A stretch of DNA of 64,000 nucleotides from the human T2T-CHM13v2.0 reference genome, Homo sapiens, in the NCBI RefSeq assembly GCF_009914755.1, contig NC_060927.1, one strand, 5' to 3'. This document shows, piece after piece, positions 13,303 to 31,521 of the stretch. A program made the position numbers and the translations under genes. The notes beneath the pieces are model-generated. The model made no database searches, was not told the DNA's origin, and saw only the letters and a list, made by a program, of their open reading frames with translations. Numbering within the stretch: the stretch's first letter is position 1; each line of letters starts with the position of its first letter.

Positions 13303-14980
13303 AAACATCTGAAGGTATTAAACTCACTGGTCAAAAAACAATTCAGAATAGTCTATAATTGGGATAAATAACAAGTAACTTATAACTGAGAGGATTTGGA
13401 ACCAAGTCACTGAGGAGGAAAAGGCTCCCATCCCCGTGTGCCATCTGGCACCCTGCTGGACACAGGCAAGGGAGTGAGAGTGTCACCACTGTAGCTTCCA
13501 GAGAAGACAAGGACATCACTGCCTCAGCTGCCGCTACTGCCATTTTCACCTGCAGCCACTTGCCAGTGGATCATGGTGGACAGGAGGCAGGACTAGACTG
13601 CAGCTCAGACTTGGGCGAATTAAGCAGTGTGTGGAGGTTTGCATCATGAATTTTTGCCCCAGAAATGACTGCAGGAATAAATAAGGAAACCCTAGAGGAC
13701 CCACAGGCCCTCTGAAGAAAGCGGATTGTTCCTACAGGACCTGGGAGACACCCCAAATACTGTGGGTGCCCAAAATGTAGAAGTGGGAAAGGGAGATCAT
13801 CCACCCTTGAACACACACCCTCACTGGGGAAATGAAAGGTCAAGATTACAGGAGAAGATTCTGACCTTACCTGGAGCTGAGACAATTTAGAGAGCTGAGT
13901 GAAATTCAGGGGTAGAGGAAGCAGCAGGAGGAAGCCTGTGATCTTGCTCGTTCCCCTAGCAAACCATTTCTGCCTAGCTTCACAGACATCCATTGCAAAG
14001 GGAAAGAGGCACTGGGAAAAGGCCACAGAGAGGAGGAAATCTCCAGCTGAACTTTGTAACAATTTGAATTGATCAGGAAGTCTCCTGGCCAGAAGTCAAG
14101 GGAGGCTGTGAATCTGGCATGCGGACTCCACAGGCAGGGGAAGAAGAAGAAAAGCCATACTTGCTTTCACAGCTGGGAGGTGGGTAGCCTGGGGCAAGTT
14201 CTCAGCCCTGCTTGCTCACTGCCTGGAAACAGGCTCAGTGCTATTGTTGGGGAATGGTGGGAGTGAGACCGCATTTTGGATTCCGTGGGGGCTGGGTGAA
14301 GCCTGTGACTGCGGACTTTCCCCCACTTTCCTGACATCCTGCATGGCACAGTAGAGACAGCCATAATCCTTCTAAGAACATAACTCCATTGACCTGGGAA
14401 CCTCACCGCCACCCCCTCCAACAGCAGCCACAGCAAGACCTGCCCAAGGAGTCTGAGCTCGGATATGCCTAGCCCTGCGTCCACTCAATGTTCCTTCCTT
14501 ACCCACCCTGGCAACTGAAGACAAAGGACATATACTCTTGGGAGTTCTAGGGCTCCACCCACCACCTATTCCTCCCCATACTACCACAGCTGATGCTCTC
14601 TAGAAAGTGCCACCTCCAGAAAGGAAGCCAACCAGCACAAAAACAGCACATTAAACCACCAAAGCCAAGAACCCTCACAGGGTCTATTTCACTCCCCTGC
14701 AACCTCCACCATAACAGGTGTTGATATCCATGGCTGAGAGACCCACAGATGGTTCACGTTACAGGACTCTCTGCAGACAACCCCAAGTACCAGCCCAGAG
14801 CCTGGTAGACTTAGTGAGTGGCTAGATCCAGAAGAGATATAACAATCACTACAGCTCATTTCTCAGGAATCCACTTCCACAGGAGAAGGGGGAGAGTCAT
14901 CAAGGAAATACTCCATGGGACAAAAGAATCTGAACAACAGCCTTTAGCCCTAGACATTTCCTATGGCAGAGCCTACCCAA

Positions 14981-16003
14981 ATGAGAAGAAACCAAAAAAC
15001 CAAATCTGGTAATATGGAAAAACAAGGTCCTTTAACACATACAGATCACACTACCTCACCAGCAATGGATCGAAACCAAGAAGAAATCTCTGATTTACCT
15101 GAAAAAGAATTCAGGAGGTTAGTCATTAAGCTAATCAGGGAGGCACCAGAGAAAGGCAAAGCCCAATATAAGGAAATCAAAAAAAGATAGAAAAAGTGAA
15201 GGGAGAAATATTCAATGAAATAAATAGCATAAATTAAAAAACCATCAAAATTTCAGGAAATAATGACACACTTATAGAAATGCAAAATGCTCTGGAAAGT
15301 CTCAGCAATAGAATCAAACAAGTAGAAGAAAGAAATTCAGAGCTTGAAAACAAGGTCTTCAAATTAACCCAATCCAACAGAGATAAAGAAAAAAGAATAA
15401 GAAAAAATGAGCAAAGCCTCCAAGAAATCTGGGATTACATTTAATGACCAAACCTAAGAATGATAATAATAGTAAGTGTTCCTGTGGAAAAAGAGAAATC
15501 TAACAGTTTGAAAACATATTTGGAGAAATAATTGAGAAAAACTTCCCCAGCCTTGCTAGAGACCTAGACATCCAAATACAAGAGGCACAAAGAACAACTG
15601 GGAAAGTCATCACAAAAAGATCATCACCTAGGCACAGTGTCATCAGGTTATCTAAAACTGAAACAAAGGGGAGAATCTTAGGAGCTGTGAGACAAAAGCA
15701 CCAGGTAACCTATAAAAGAAAAGCTATCAGATTAACAGGAGATTTCTCAGCAGAAACCAACAAGTTAGAAGAGATTGAAGCTCTATCTTCAGCCTCCTCA
15801 AACAAAACAATTATCTGTGAATAATTTTGTATCCAGCAAAACTAAGCTTCATATATGAAGGAAAGATACAGTCTTTTTCATACAAACAAATCCTGAGAGA
15901 GTTTACCCCTACCAAACATGCACTTCAAGAACTGCTAAAAGCCGCTCTAACTCTTGAAACAAATCCTGGAAACACATCAAAACAGAATCTCTTTAAAACA
16001 TAA
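14981..16003 (+). pseudogene. L1PB ORF1 remnant
   Basis: MRRNQK...ISDLPEKEFRRLVIKLIRE, with multiple stops and frameshifts. Confidence 0.85.
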
Positions 16004-16081
16004 ATCTCACAGGACCTATAAAACAATGCAATTTAAAAAACAAAAACAAAAAACCAAGGTATACAGGCAACGAATAGTACA

Positions 16082-19000
16082 ATGAATGAAATGGTACCTC
16101 ATATCTCAATACTAACATTGATTGTAAATGTCCTGAATGCTCCACTTAAAATATACAGAATTGTAGAATGGATAAGAATTCACCAACCAATTATCTGCTG
16201 CCTTCAAGAGCCTCAGCTAACACATAAAGACTCACATAAACTTAAGGTAAAGAGGTGGAAAAAGACATTTCATGCAAATGGACACCAAAAGTGAGCAGGA
16301 GTAGCTATACCTACAACAGACAAAACAACCTTTAAAGCAACAGCAGTTAAAAAAGACAAAGAGGGACATTATATATGATAAAAAAGCCTTGTCAAACAGG
16401 AAAATATCACAGTTCTAAACATATATGTGCATAACACTGGAGCTCCCAGATTTAAAAAACAATTACTACTAGAACTAAGAAATGAGATAGACAGCAACAC
16501 AATAATAGTGGGGGACTTCAATACTCCACTGACAGCACTAGACAGGTCATCCAGACTGAAAGTCAACAAAGAAACAATGGATTTAAACTATATCCTGAAA
16601 CAAATGGACTTAACAGATATATACAGAATATTCCATCCAACAACCACAGAACATACATTCTATTCAATAGCACATGGAACTTTCTCCAAGATAGATCATA
16701 TTATAGGCAACAAAATTAGTCTCAATAAATTTTAAAAAATTGAAATTATATCAAGCACTCTGTCAGATCACAGTGGAATAAAACTGGAAATTAACTCCAA
16801 AAAGAACCTTCAAAACCATGCAAATACATGGAAATCAAATTACCTGCTCCTGAATGATCATTGGGTTAAAAATTTAAAAACTTATTTGAACTGAACAGCA
16901 ATAGTGACACAACCTAGCAAAACCTCTGGGATACAGCAAAGGTGATCATAAAAGGAAAGTTCATAGCCCTAAACACCTATATAAAAAAGTTGGAAAGAGC
17001 ACAAACAGACGATTTAAGGTCATACCTCAAAGAACTACAGAAACAAAAACAAACCAAACCCAAACCAAGCAGAAGAAAGAAAATAACCAAGGTCAGAGCA
17101 GAACTAAATGAAATGGAAACAACAACAATAACAACAAAGTGAAACATAAAGCTGCTTATTTGAAAAGATAAATAAAATTTCTAAACTATTAGCAAGATTA
17201 ACTAAGAAAAGAAGAGAGAAAATCTAAATAAGCTCAATAAGAAACCAAATGGGAGATATTACAACTGACGTCACAGAAATACAAAAGATCATTCAAGGCT
17301 ACTACGAACACCTTTACCCACATAAACTAGAAAACCTACAAGACATGGATAAATTCCTGGAAAGATACAACCCTCCTAGCTTAAATCAGGAAGAATTACA
17401 TACCCTGAAGAGACCAATAACAAGCAGTGATATTAAAATGGTAATTTAAAAATTACCAATGAAAAATGTCCAAGGCCAGAAGGATTCACAACTAAATTCT
17501 ACCAGACATTCAAAGAAGAATTGGTACCAATACTATTGATGCTATTCCACAAGATAGAGAAAGAAGAAACCCTCCCTAAATCACTCTATGAAGCTAGTAT
17601 TACCCTAATACCAAAACCAGGAGAGAACATAACCAAGAAAGAAAATTACAGACAAGTATCCCTGATGAACATAGATGCTGAAATCTAACAAAATACCAGC
17701 TAACTGAATCCAACAACATATCAATAAGATAATTCACCATGATCAAGTGGGTTTCATACTAGGGATGCAGGGATGATTTAACAGACACAAGTCAATAAAT
17801 ATGGTATGCTACATAAACAGAATTACAAACAAAAATCACATAATAGTCTCAATAAATACAGAAAAAGCATGCAACAAAACCCAGCATCCCTTTGTGATTA
17901 AAACTCTCAGCAAAATCAGCATAGAAGGGACATACCTTAATGTAATGAAAACTGTCTATGACAAACCCACAGTGAACATAATACTAAATGGGGAAAAGTT
18001 GAAAGCATTCCCTCTGAGAACTGGAACAAGACAAGGATTCCCACTCTCACCACTTCTCTTCAACATAGTAGTGGAAGCCCTAGCCAGAGCAATCAGACAA
18101 GATAAAGAAATAAAGGGCATCCAAATTGGTAAAGAAGACATCAAATTGTCACTGTTTGCTGACGATATAACTGTTTACCTTGAAAACCCTAAAGACTCCT
18201 CCAGAAAGCTCCTAGAACTGATAAAAGAATTCAGCAAAGTTTCCAGATAAAAAATTACATTACATTAGTACTTAAGTCATATAAGTCATATAGTACATAA
18301 TGTAATTACATTACATTAGTACATAAGTCAGTATCTCTTCTATACATCAAAGTAACCAAGCTGAGAATCAAATCAAGAACTCAACCCATTTTAGAATAAC
18401 TGCAAAAATAATAAAATACTTAGGAATATACCTAATCAAGGAGCCAACAGACCTCTACAAGGAAAACTACAAAACAGTGCTGAAAGAAATCATAGAAAAC
18501 AGAAACAGATGAAAACACATCCCATGCTCATGGATGGGTAGAATCAATATTGTGAAAATGACCATACTGCCAAAAGCAATCTACAAATTCCACGCAATTC
18601 CCATCAAAATACCACCATCATTTTTCACAGAATTAGAAAAAACAATCCTAAAAGTCATATGGAACCAAAAAATGGCCTGCATAGCCAAAGCAAGACTAAC
18701 CAAAAAGAACAAATTTGGCAGCATAACATTGCCTGATTTCAAACTATACGGTAAGGTCATAGTCAACAAAATAGCATGGTACTGGTGTAAAAACAGACAC
18801 ATAGACCAATGGAACAGAAGAGGGAACCCAGAAATAAACCAAAATACTTACAGCCAACTGATTTTCAACAAAGCAAACAAAATCATAAAGTGGGGAAAGA
18901 ACACCCTTTCAACAAATGGTGCTGAAATAATTGGCTAGCCACATGGAGGGGAATAAAACTGAATTCTCATCTCTTACCTTACACAAAAATCAACTCAAGA

Positions 19001-19939
19001 TGGATTAAGGTTGTAAATCTAAGACCTGAAGCTATAAAAATTCCAGAAGATAACACTGGAAAAACCTTTCTAGACATTGGCTTAGGCAAGGATTTCATGA
19101 CCAGAATCCCAAAAGCAAATGCAATAAAAACAAATGTAAATAGCTGGGACTTAATTAAACTAAAGACCTTTTGCATGGCAAAAGGAACAGTCAGCAGAGT
19201 AAACAGACAACCCACAGAGTGGGAGAAAATCTTCACAATCTATATGTCTGACAAAAGACTAATATCCAGAATCTACAATGAACCCAAACAGATCAGCAAG
19301 AAAAAGCCAAACAATCCTATCAAAAATAGGCTAAGGACATGAATAGATCATTATCAAAAGAAGGTATACAAATGGCCAACAAACATGAAAAAATGCTCAA
19401 CATCACTAATGATCAGGGAAATGCAAATCAAAACCATAGTGTGATACCACCTTACTCCCAGAAGAATGCCATAATCAAAAAAGCAAAAAACACTTGATGT
19501 TGGTGTGGATGCAGTGAAGAGTGAACACTTCTACATTGCTGGTGGGAATGCAAACCAGTACAGCCACATGGAAAACAGTGTGAAGATTCCTTAAATAACT
19601 AAAATTAGATCTAGCATTTGATCCAGCAATCCTACTCCTGTGTATCTACCCAGAAGAAAGTAAGTTATTACATGAAAGTTATATTATATTATAGCAGCCC
19701 ATTCACAATTGCAAAAAATGTGGTAACAAAACAAATGCTCATCAATCAATGAGTAGATAAAGAAACTGTGATATATTTATATATATATGATGGAATACTA
19801 CTCAACCATAAAAAGGAATGAATTAATGGCTTTCACAGCAACCTGAATGAGATTGGAGACTGTTATTCTAAGTGAAGTAACTCAGGAATGGAAAACCAAA
19901 CATCATATGTTCTCACTCATAAATGGGAGCTAAGCTATG
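16082..19939 (+). pseudogene. L1PB ORF2 (EN-RT) remnant
   Basis: [34 protein letters not shown] and LFADD motifs lie in broken frames. Confidence 0.9.
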
Positions 19940-20150
19940 AGCATGCAAAGGCATAAGAATGACACAATGGACTTTGAGGACAAAAGGGTAAAGGGTGGAA
20001 AAAGGGTGAGGGTTAAAAAACTACAAATAGGGTGCAGTGTACACTGCTTGGGTGACAGATGCACTAAAATCTCACAAATTACCACTAAAGAACTTACCCA
20101 TGCAACAAAACACCACCTGTTCCCCAGTAACCTATGAAAATAAATTTAAA

Positions 20151-20259
20151 ATAACCTAGGTGATGAGTAGGTAGGTGCAGCAAACTACCATGGCACGTGT
20201 TTACCTAATTACAAACCTGCATATGTACCCCAGAACTTAAATAAACAAATAAACAAATT
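20151..20259 (+). mobile_element. Short L1PA-type 3' end within the L1PB tail
   Basis: ggtgcagcaaactaccatggcacgtgtttacct...acaaacctgc...atgtaccccagaacttaaataaa. Confidence 0.8.
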
Positions 20260-21349
20260 AATTAATTTATAACTAAAGTATAGTGACTAAAAGACAAAAA
20301 CCTATTAAAAATAATAATAACTGGGGAGATCTGGCAAGATGGCGGAATAGGAACAGCTGTGGTCTGCAACTCCCAGTGAGACAAACGCAGAAGGCGGGTG
20401 ATTTCTGCATTTCCAAATGAGTGGTGCCTGGAACCCCAGTGAGAGAGAACCATTCACTCACTTGGAAAGGGGGCTGAAGCCAGGGAGCCAAGTAGTCTCG
20501 CTCAGCTGGTCCCACTCCCATGGAGCCCAGCAAGCTAAGAACCACTGGCTTGAAATTCTCACTGCCAGCACAGCAGTCTGAAGTCTACTGGGGATGATTG
20601 AGCTTGGTAAGGGGAGGGGCATCCACCATTACTGAGGCTTGAGTAGGCGGTTTTCCCCTGACAGTGCTAAGGAGACCAGGAAGCTCAGACTGGGCAGAAT
20701 TCAACACAGCACAGCAAAGTGGCTGTGGCCAGACTGCCTCTCTAGATTCCTCTTCACTGGCAGGGCAGTTCTGAAAGAAAGGCAGCAGCCTCAGTCAGGG
20801 GCTTATAGATAAAACTCCCATCTCCCTGAGACAGAGCACCAGGGGGAAAGGACGGCTGTGGGTGCCGCTTCAGTGGACTTAAATGTTCCTGCCTGCCAGC
20901 TCTGAAGACAGCAGTGGATCCTGACAAGAAGGGTTTTCCCAGCACAGTGATCAAGCTCTGCTAAGAGACAGACTGCCTCCTCTAGTGGGTCCTGGACCCC
21001 CATGCCTCCTGACGGGGAGAGACCTCCCAACACAGGTTGACAGACACTTCCCACAGGAGAGGTCTGGCTGGCATCAGGTTGGTGCCCCTCTGGGATAAAG
21101 CATCCAGAGGAAGGAGGAGGCAGCAATCTTTGCTGTTCTGCAGCCTCTGATGGTGATACCCAGGCAAACAGGGTCTGGAGTGGACCTCCAGCAAACTGCA
21201 GCAGACCTGCAGAAGAGGAGCCTGACTGTTAGAAGAAAAACTAACAAACAAAAAGCAATAACATCAACATCAGCAAAAAGTACACCCACATAAAAACCCC
21301 ATCCATAGGTCATCAGCCTCAAAGATCAAAGGTAGATAAATCCATGAAG

Positions 21350-22053
21350 ATGAGGAAAAACCAGTACAAAAATGCTGAAAATTACAAAAACCAGAATGCC
21401 TCTTCCCCTTCAAATGATCACAACTCCTCTCCTGCAAGGGAACAAAACTGGAATGAAGAGGAATGAGCAAAGCCTCCAAGAAATATGGGGCTATGTGAAA
21501 AGACAAAACCTGTGATGGATTGGGGTCCCTGAAAGTGATTGAGAGAATGGAACCAAGTTGGAAAACACAATTCAGGATGGTATCCAAGAGGACTTCCCCA
21601 GCATAGCAAGACAGGCCAACATTCAAATTCAGGAAATACAGAGAGCACCACTAAGAAACTCCTCGAGAAGAGCAACCTCAAGACACATAATTGTCAGATT
21701 CTCCAAGGTTGAAATGAAGTAAAAAATGTTAAGGCCAGCCAGAGAGAAAGGTCAGGTTACCTACAAAGGGAAGCCCATCAGACTTACAGTGGATCTCTCT
21801 GCAGAAACCCTACAGCTAAAAGAGAGTGGGGGCCAATATTCAACATTCTTAAAGAAAAGAATTTTCAACCCAGAATTTCATATCCAGTCCAGCTAAGCTT
21901 CAGAAGTGAAAGAGAAATAAAATTCTTTACAGACAAGCAAATGCTGAGGGATTTTGTGACCACCATGTCTGCCTTACAAGAGCTCTGAAGGAAGCACTAA
22001 ATATGGAAAGGAACAACCAGTATCAGCCACTGCAAAAACACATCAAAATATAA
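21350..22053 (+). pseudogene. L1PA ORF1 remnant with internal deletion
   Basis: MRKNQ start, junction at about 21452, then NEQSLQEIW-type sequence with stops. Confidence 0.85.
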
Positions 22054-22116
22054 AGAACAACGATACTATGAAGAAACTGCATCAACTAATGTTCAAAATA
22101 ACCAGCTAGCATCATG

Positions 22117-25909
<3,793 letters not shown>

Positions 25910-26128
25910 ACAATAAGAACACATGGACACCGGGAGGGGAACATCACACACCAGGGCCTGTCAGGGGGTTGGGGGAAAAGGGAGGGAGAGCATTAGGACA
26001 AATACTGAATGCATGAGGGGCTTAAAACCTAAATGATGGGTTGATAGGTGCAGCAAACCACCATGGCACATGTAAAACCTGCACTTTCAGCACATGTATC
26101 CCAGAATTTAAAGTAAAATTTAAAAAAA

Positions 26129-27360
26129 CTAAGGAAATGTGAATAAACTGTGAACCTTAGTAATATTGTATTAGTGTTATTCCATTAACAAAGTGAGAAA
26201 TGTAGGATGGTAATAATAGGGAATTCCTGGTTTTAACTGCTCTCTAAATCTAACACTTTTAAAAAGTGAAATATATTTTTTAAAGTTTGTAGCCAAAGAA
26301 TATAAGAAAAAATATAGAGAGATGTCAGATAGTTAATATTAAATATTTTTTTCTAAATTATGTGATGGTTTTGGAATTTCCCAGCTACTTAAATCTACAA
26401 TTTGTTGTAATTTTCTTTCTCACTTTAAATAAATATTCATTTTCATCCTTAATTCTATATATGCAATTTATATTCTATTTGTTTTAAAAGGGCTGCCAAA
26501 ATTATATGAGCTTCAGACACCACCCTACCTTTAAGTGATGGTTAGTTATTTGCAGTTCCTTTCTATTCACTGAATACTCCCCCATGCCTCTATATTTTTG
26601 CATGTTGAAATTTTCTCTAATTTTCAAGGTAAGTCCATCTTGAGTGACAGAGACAATTTATCCAAAAACAATGAACTCAGTATTGTAAACCTGGATTGTC
26701 CTCCTAAATCAAGCCTTGTTCAGTATTAGCACCAACTTTCAGAAGTCATTTAACTTCTTCCTATGAGGAATCCCATTTCTGCCATTTGCCAGTTCTATGG
26801 CCTTGGCTAGCTACTTAACAAATTAACACCTTAATTTGCTCATCTGTAAAATGGAGATAATAACACTATGCAAGGATAGGGTTATCTTACAGCTGGACTT
26901 GAGAGGCTCTGTGCTTATCTCCGGGGACACCCGGAAGTATGCTACTGACCCTTGGTCAAGATAAGAATGGGATGTTACAGCTAGTGATTTAGAACATGTC
27001 ATTTAGTTTAAAGTTCAAAACTCCCCTGGAGGCACTCCATGTTATCTTGTCTACACTGTTTAGGATATATGGATTCATGGTTTGCATCTGGTTTAACCTG
27101 TTACACAGCTTGGCTGTAGCGAAGTGACCAGTCAGGCGTAATAGGCCCTTCAGTAAACTTCCATTTGGACTATGCTGAACTTAGATACCCCATACATATC
27201 TGAAAAGTTCATAATCCAAAGATGAAATGCTTCATAAGCAACTGAGAAAAGACCTTGGGAGGACTGCACTGGGAGTTTTCAGACTTCCTATAATTGCCTG
27301 GACTTTTCTTCTCTTTGTGTGCCGTATTATTTGCAATTATTATAGCCTTACATGAGTGTA
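26129..27360 (+). other. Putative 3'-transduced flank: L1MC/MD 3' fragment, unique DNA, MIR (about 26765-26868) and an old LTR (26869-27360) truncated at its poly(A) site
   Basis: Lies between the L1PA7 tail and the point where the host L1MA resumes. It is followed by an A-run and a degenerate TSD. Confidence 0.7.
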
Positions 27361-28754
27361 AAAAAAAATAACAACAGCAATGGTTAAGAGATAGGCAATA
27401 TTAAAATATGTAAATTGAATCATCAATAAGTCATAATTTGGGGGGTATGGTATTAATGTGTAATTTGGTTTTGTTGCTTTTCTTTGCAATAAACCTTGTT
27501 TTATCAGTTTAAAATAACCTGTTATAATTATAAGATGTTTTCCACAAGCCTCATGGTAACCACAAAGCAAAACCCTATAATAGATACACTAAAAATAAAT
27601 AGCACAGAATCAAAACATACTATTATAGAAAAATACTTAATGACAAAGGAAGATAGTAAGAAAGGAAAAATGGAAAAATGATTTGCAAAACAACCAGAAA
27701 ACAAGCAACAATATCCTTACCTATGAAAAATAACCTTGAATGTAGGTGGAGTAAATTTTCCAATTAAAAGGCATAGAGTAGCTGAGTGGATAACAAGTAA
27801 TGCCAATTAGAGGCTGTCTACATGAAATGCAGTTCACCTATAAAGACATACACCAGCTAATAGTAAAAGGATAGAAAATGATATTCCATGCAAATAAAAA
27901 CCAAAAAGTGTAGAAGTAGCTATACTTATGATAGATAAAATAGACTTTAAGTATAGAATGGGGGGAAAAGGACAATAAAGTCGTTACATAATTACAAAGG
28001 GGTCAATATAACAAGAGGATATAACAATTGTAATTATATGCACCCAACACCAGAGCACCCAATTACATAAAGCAAGTATAAATAGACCTAAAAGGAGAGA
28101 TTGATTACAATACAATAATAGTAGAGGACTTCAATACCCCCACTGTCAGCAATGGACAGATTATTCTGATTGAAAATCAACAAAGAAATCTTGGAGTTAA
28201 ACTGCACTTTAGACAAAATGAACCTAGCAGGTATTTATAGAACATTTCACCTAACAGCTGCAGAACACACATTCTTTTCATCAGCACATGGAACATTCTG
28301 CAGGATTAACCATATGTCAGGAGACAAAACTTGCCTTACGAGATTTTTAAAAATGGAAATCATATTAAATATCTTTTCTGACCACAGTGGAATACAAGCA
28401 GAAATCGATAACAGAAGGAATGTTGGAAACTGGAGAAATTTATGACAATTAAGCAATATGCTCCTGAAATAATGAATCAACCAATGAAGTCATCAAAAAG
28501 GAAATTTAAAAATTTCCTGAGATAAATGAAAATAGAAACACAGCATACTAAAAGATATGTGATACAGCAAACACAGGTATAAGAGAAAAATGTATAGTAA
28601 TAAATGCCAAGATTGAAAAAGTAGAAAGACCTCAAATAAACAATCTAACAATGTACCTAAAGAAAACAGAAAAGCAAGAACAAAGAGAACTTGAAATTAT
28701 TAGAATGGGAGAAATAATAAAGATCAGAGCAGAAATAAATGAAGTTGAGACTCA

Positions 28755-31521
<2,767 letters not shown>

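Larger units (their letters stand above)
13388..20150 (+). mobile_element. Full-length L1PB (L1PBa-type 5'UTR), inactive
   Basis: 5'UTR gatcatggtggacaggaggcaggactag, ORF1 MRRNQKTKSGN, ORF2 EN/RT fragments including LFADD and an L1PB 3'UTR. Degenerate TSD aagtaacttataact (13373-13387) / aattaatttataact (20260-20274). Confidence 0.92.

Noticed and set aside
13343-13549. Minus ORF MKMAVAAAEAV... resembling a processed-pseudogene N-terminus
   Set aside because: There is no recognisable parent, poly(A) or TSD of its own. It spans the host/insert boundary and lies at the L1PB 5' end.
20585-20629. L1 antisense ORF0 homologue (MVDAPP...)
   Set aside because: It stops after 14 codons and is not an intact ORF0.
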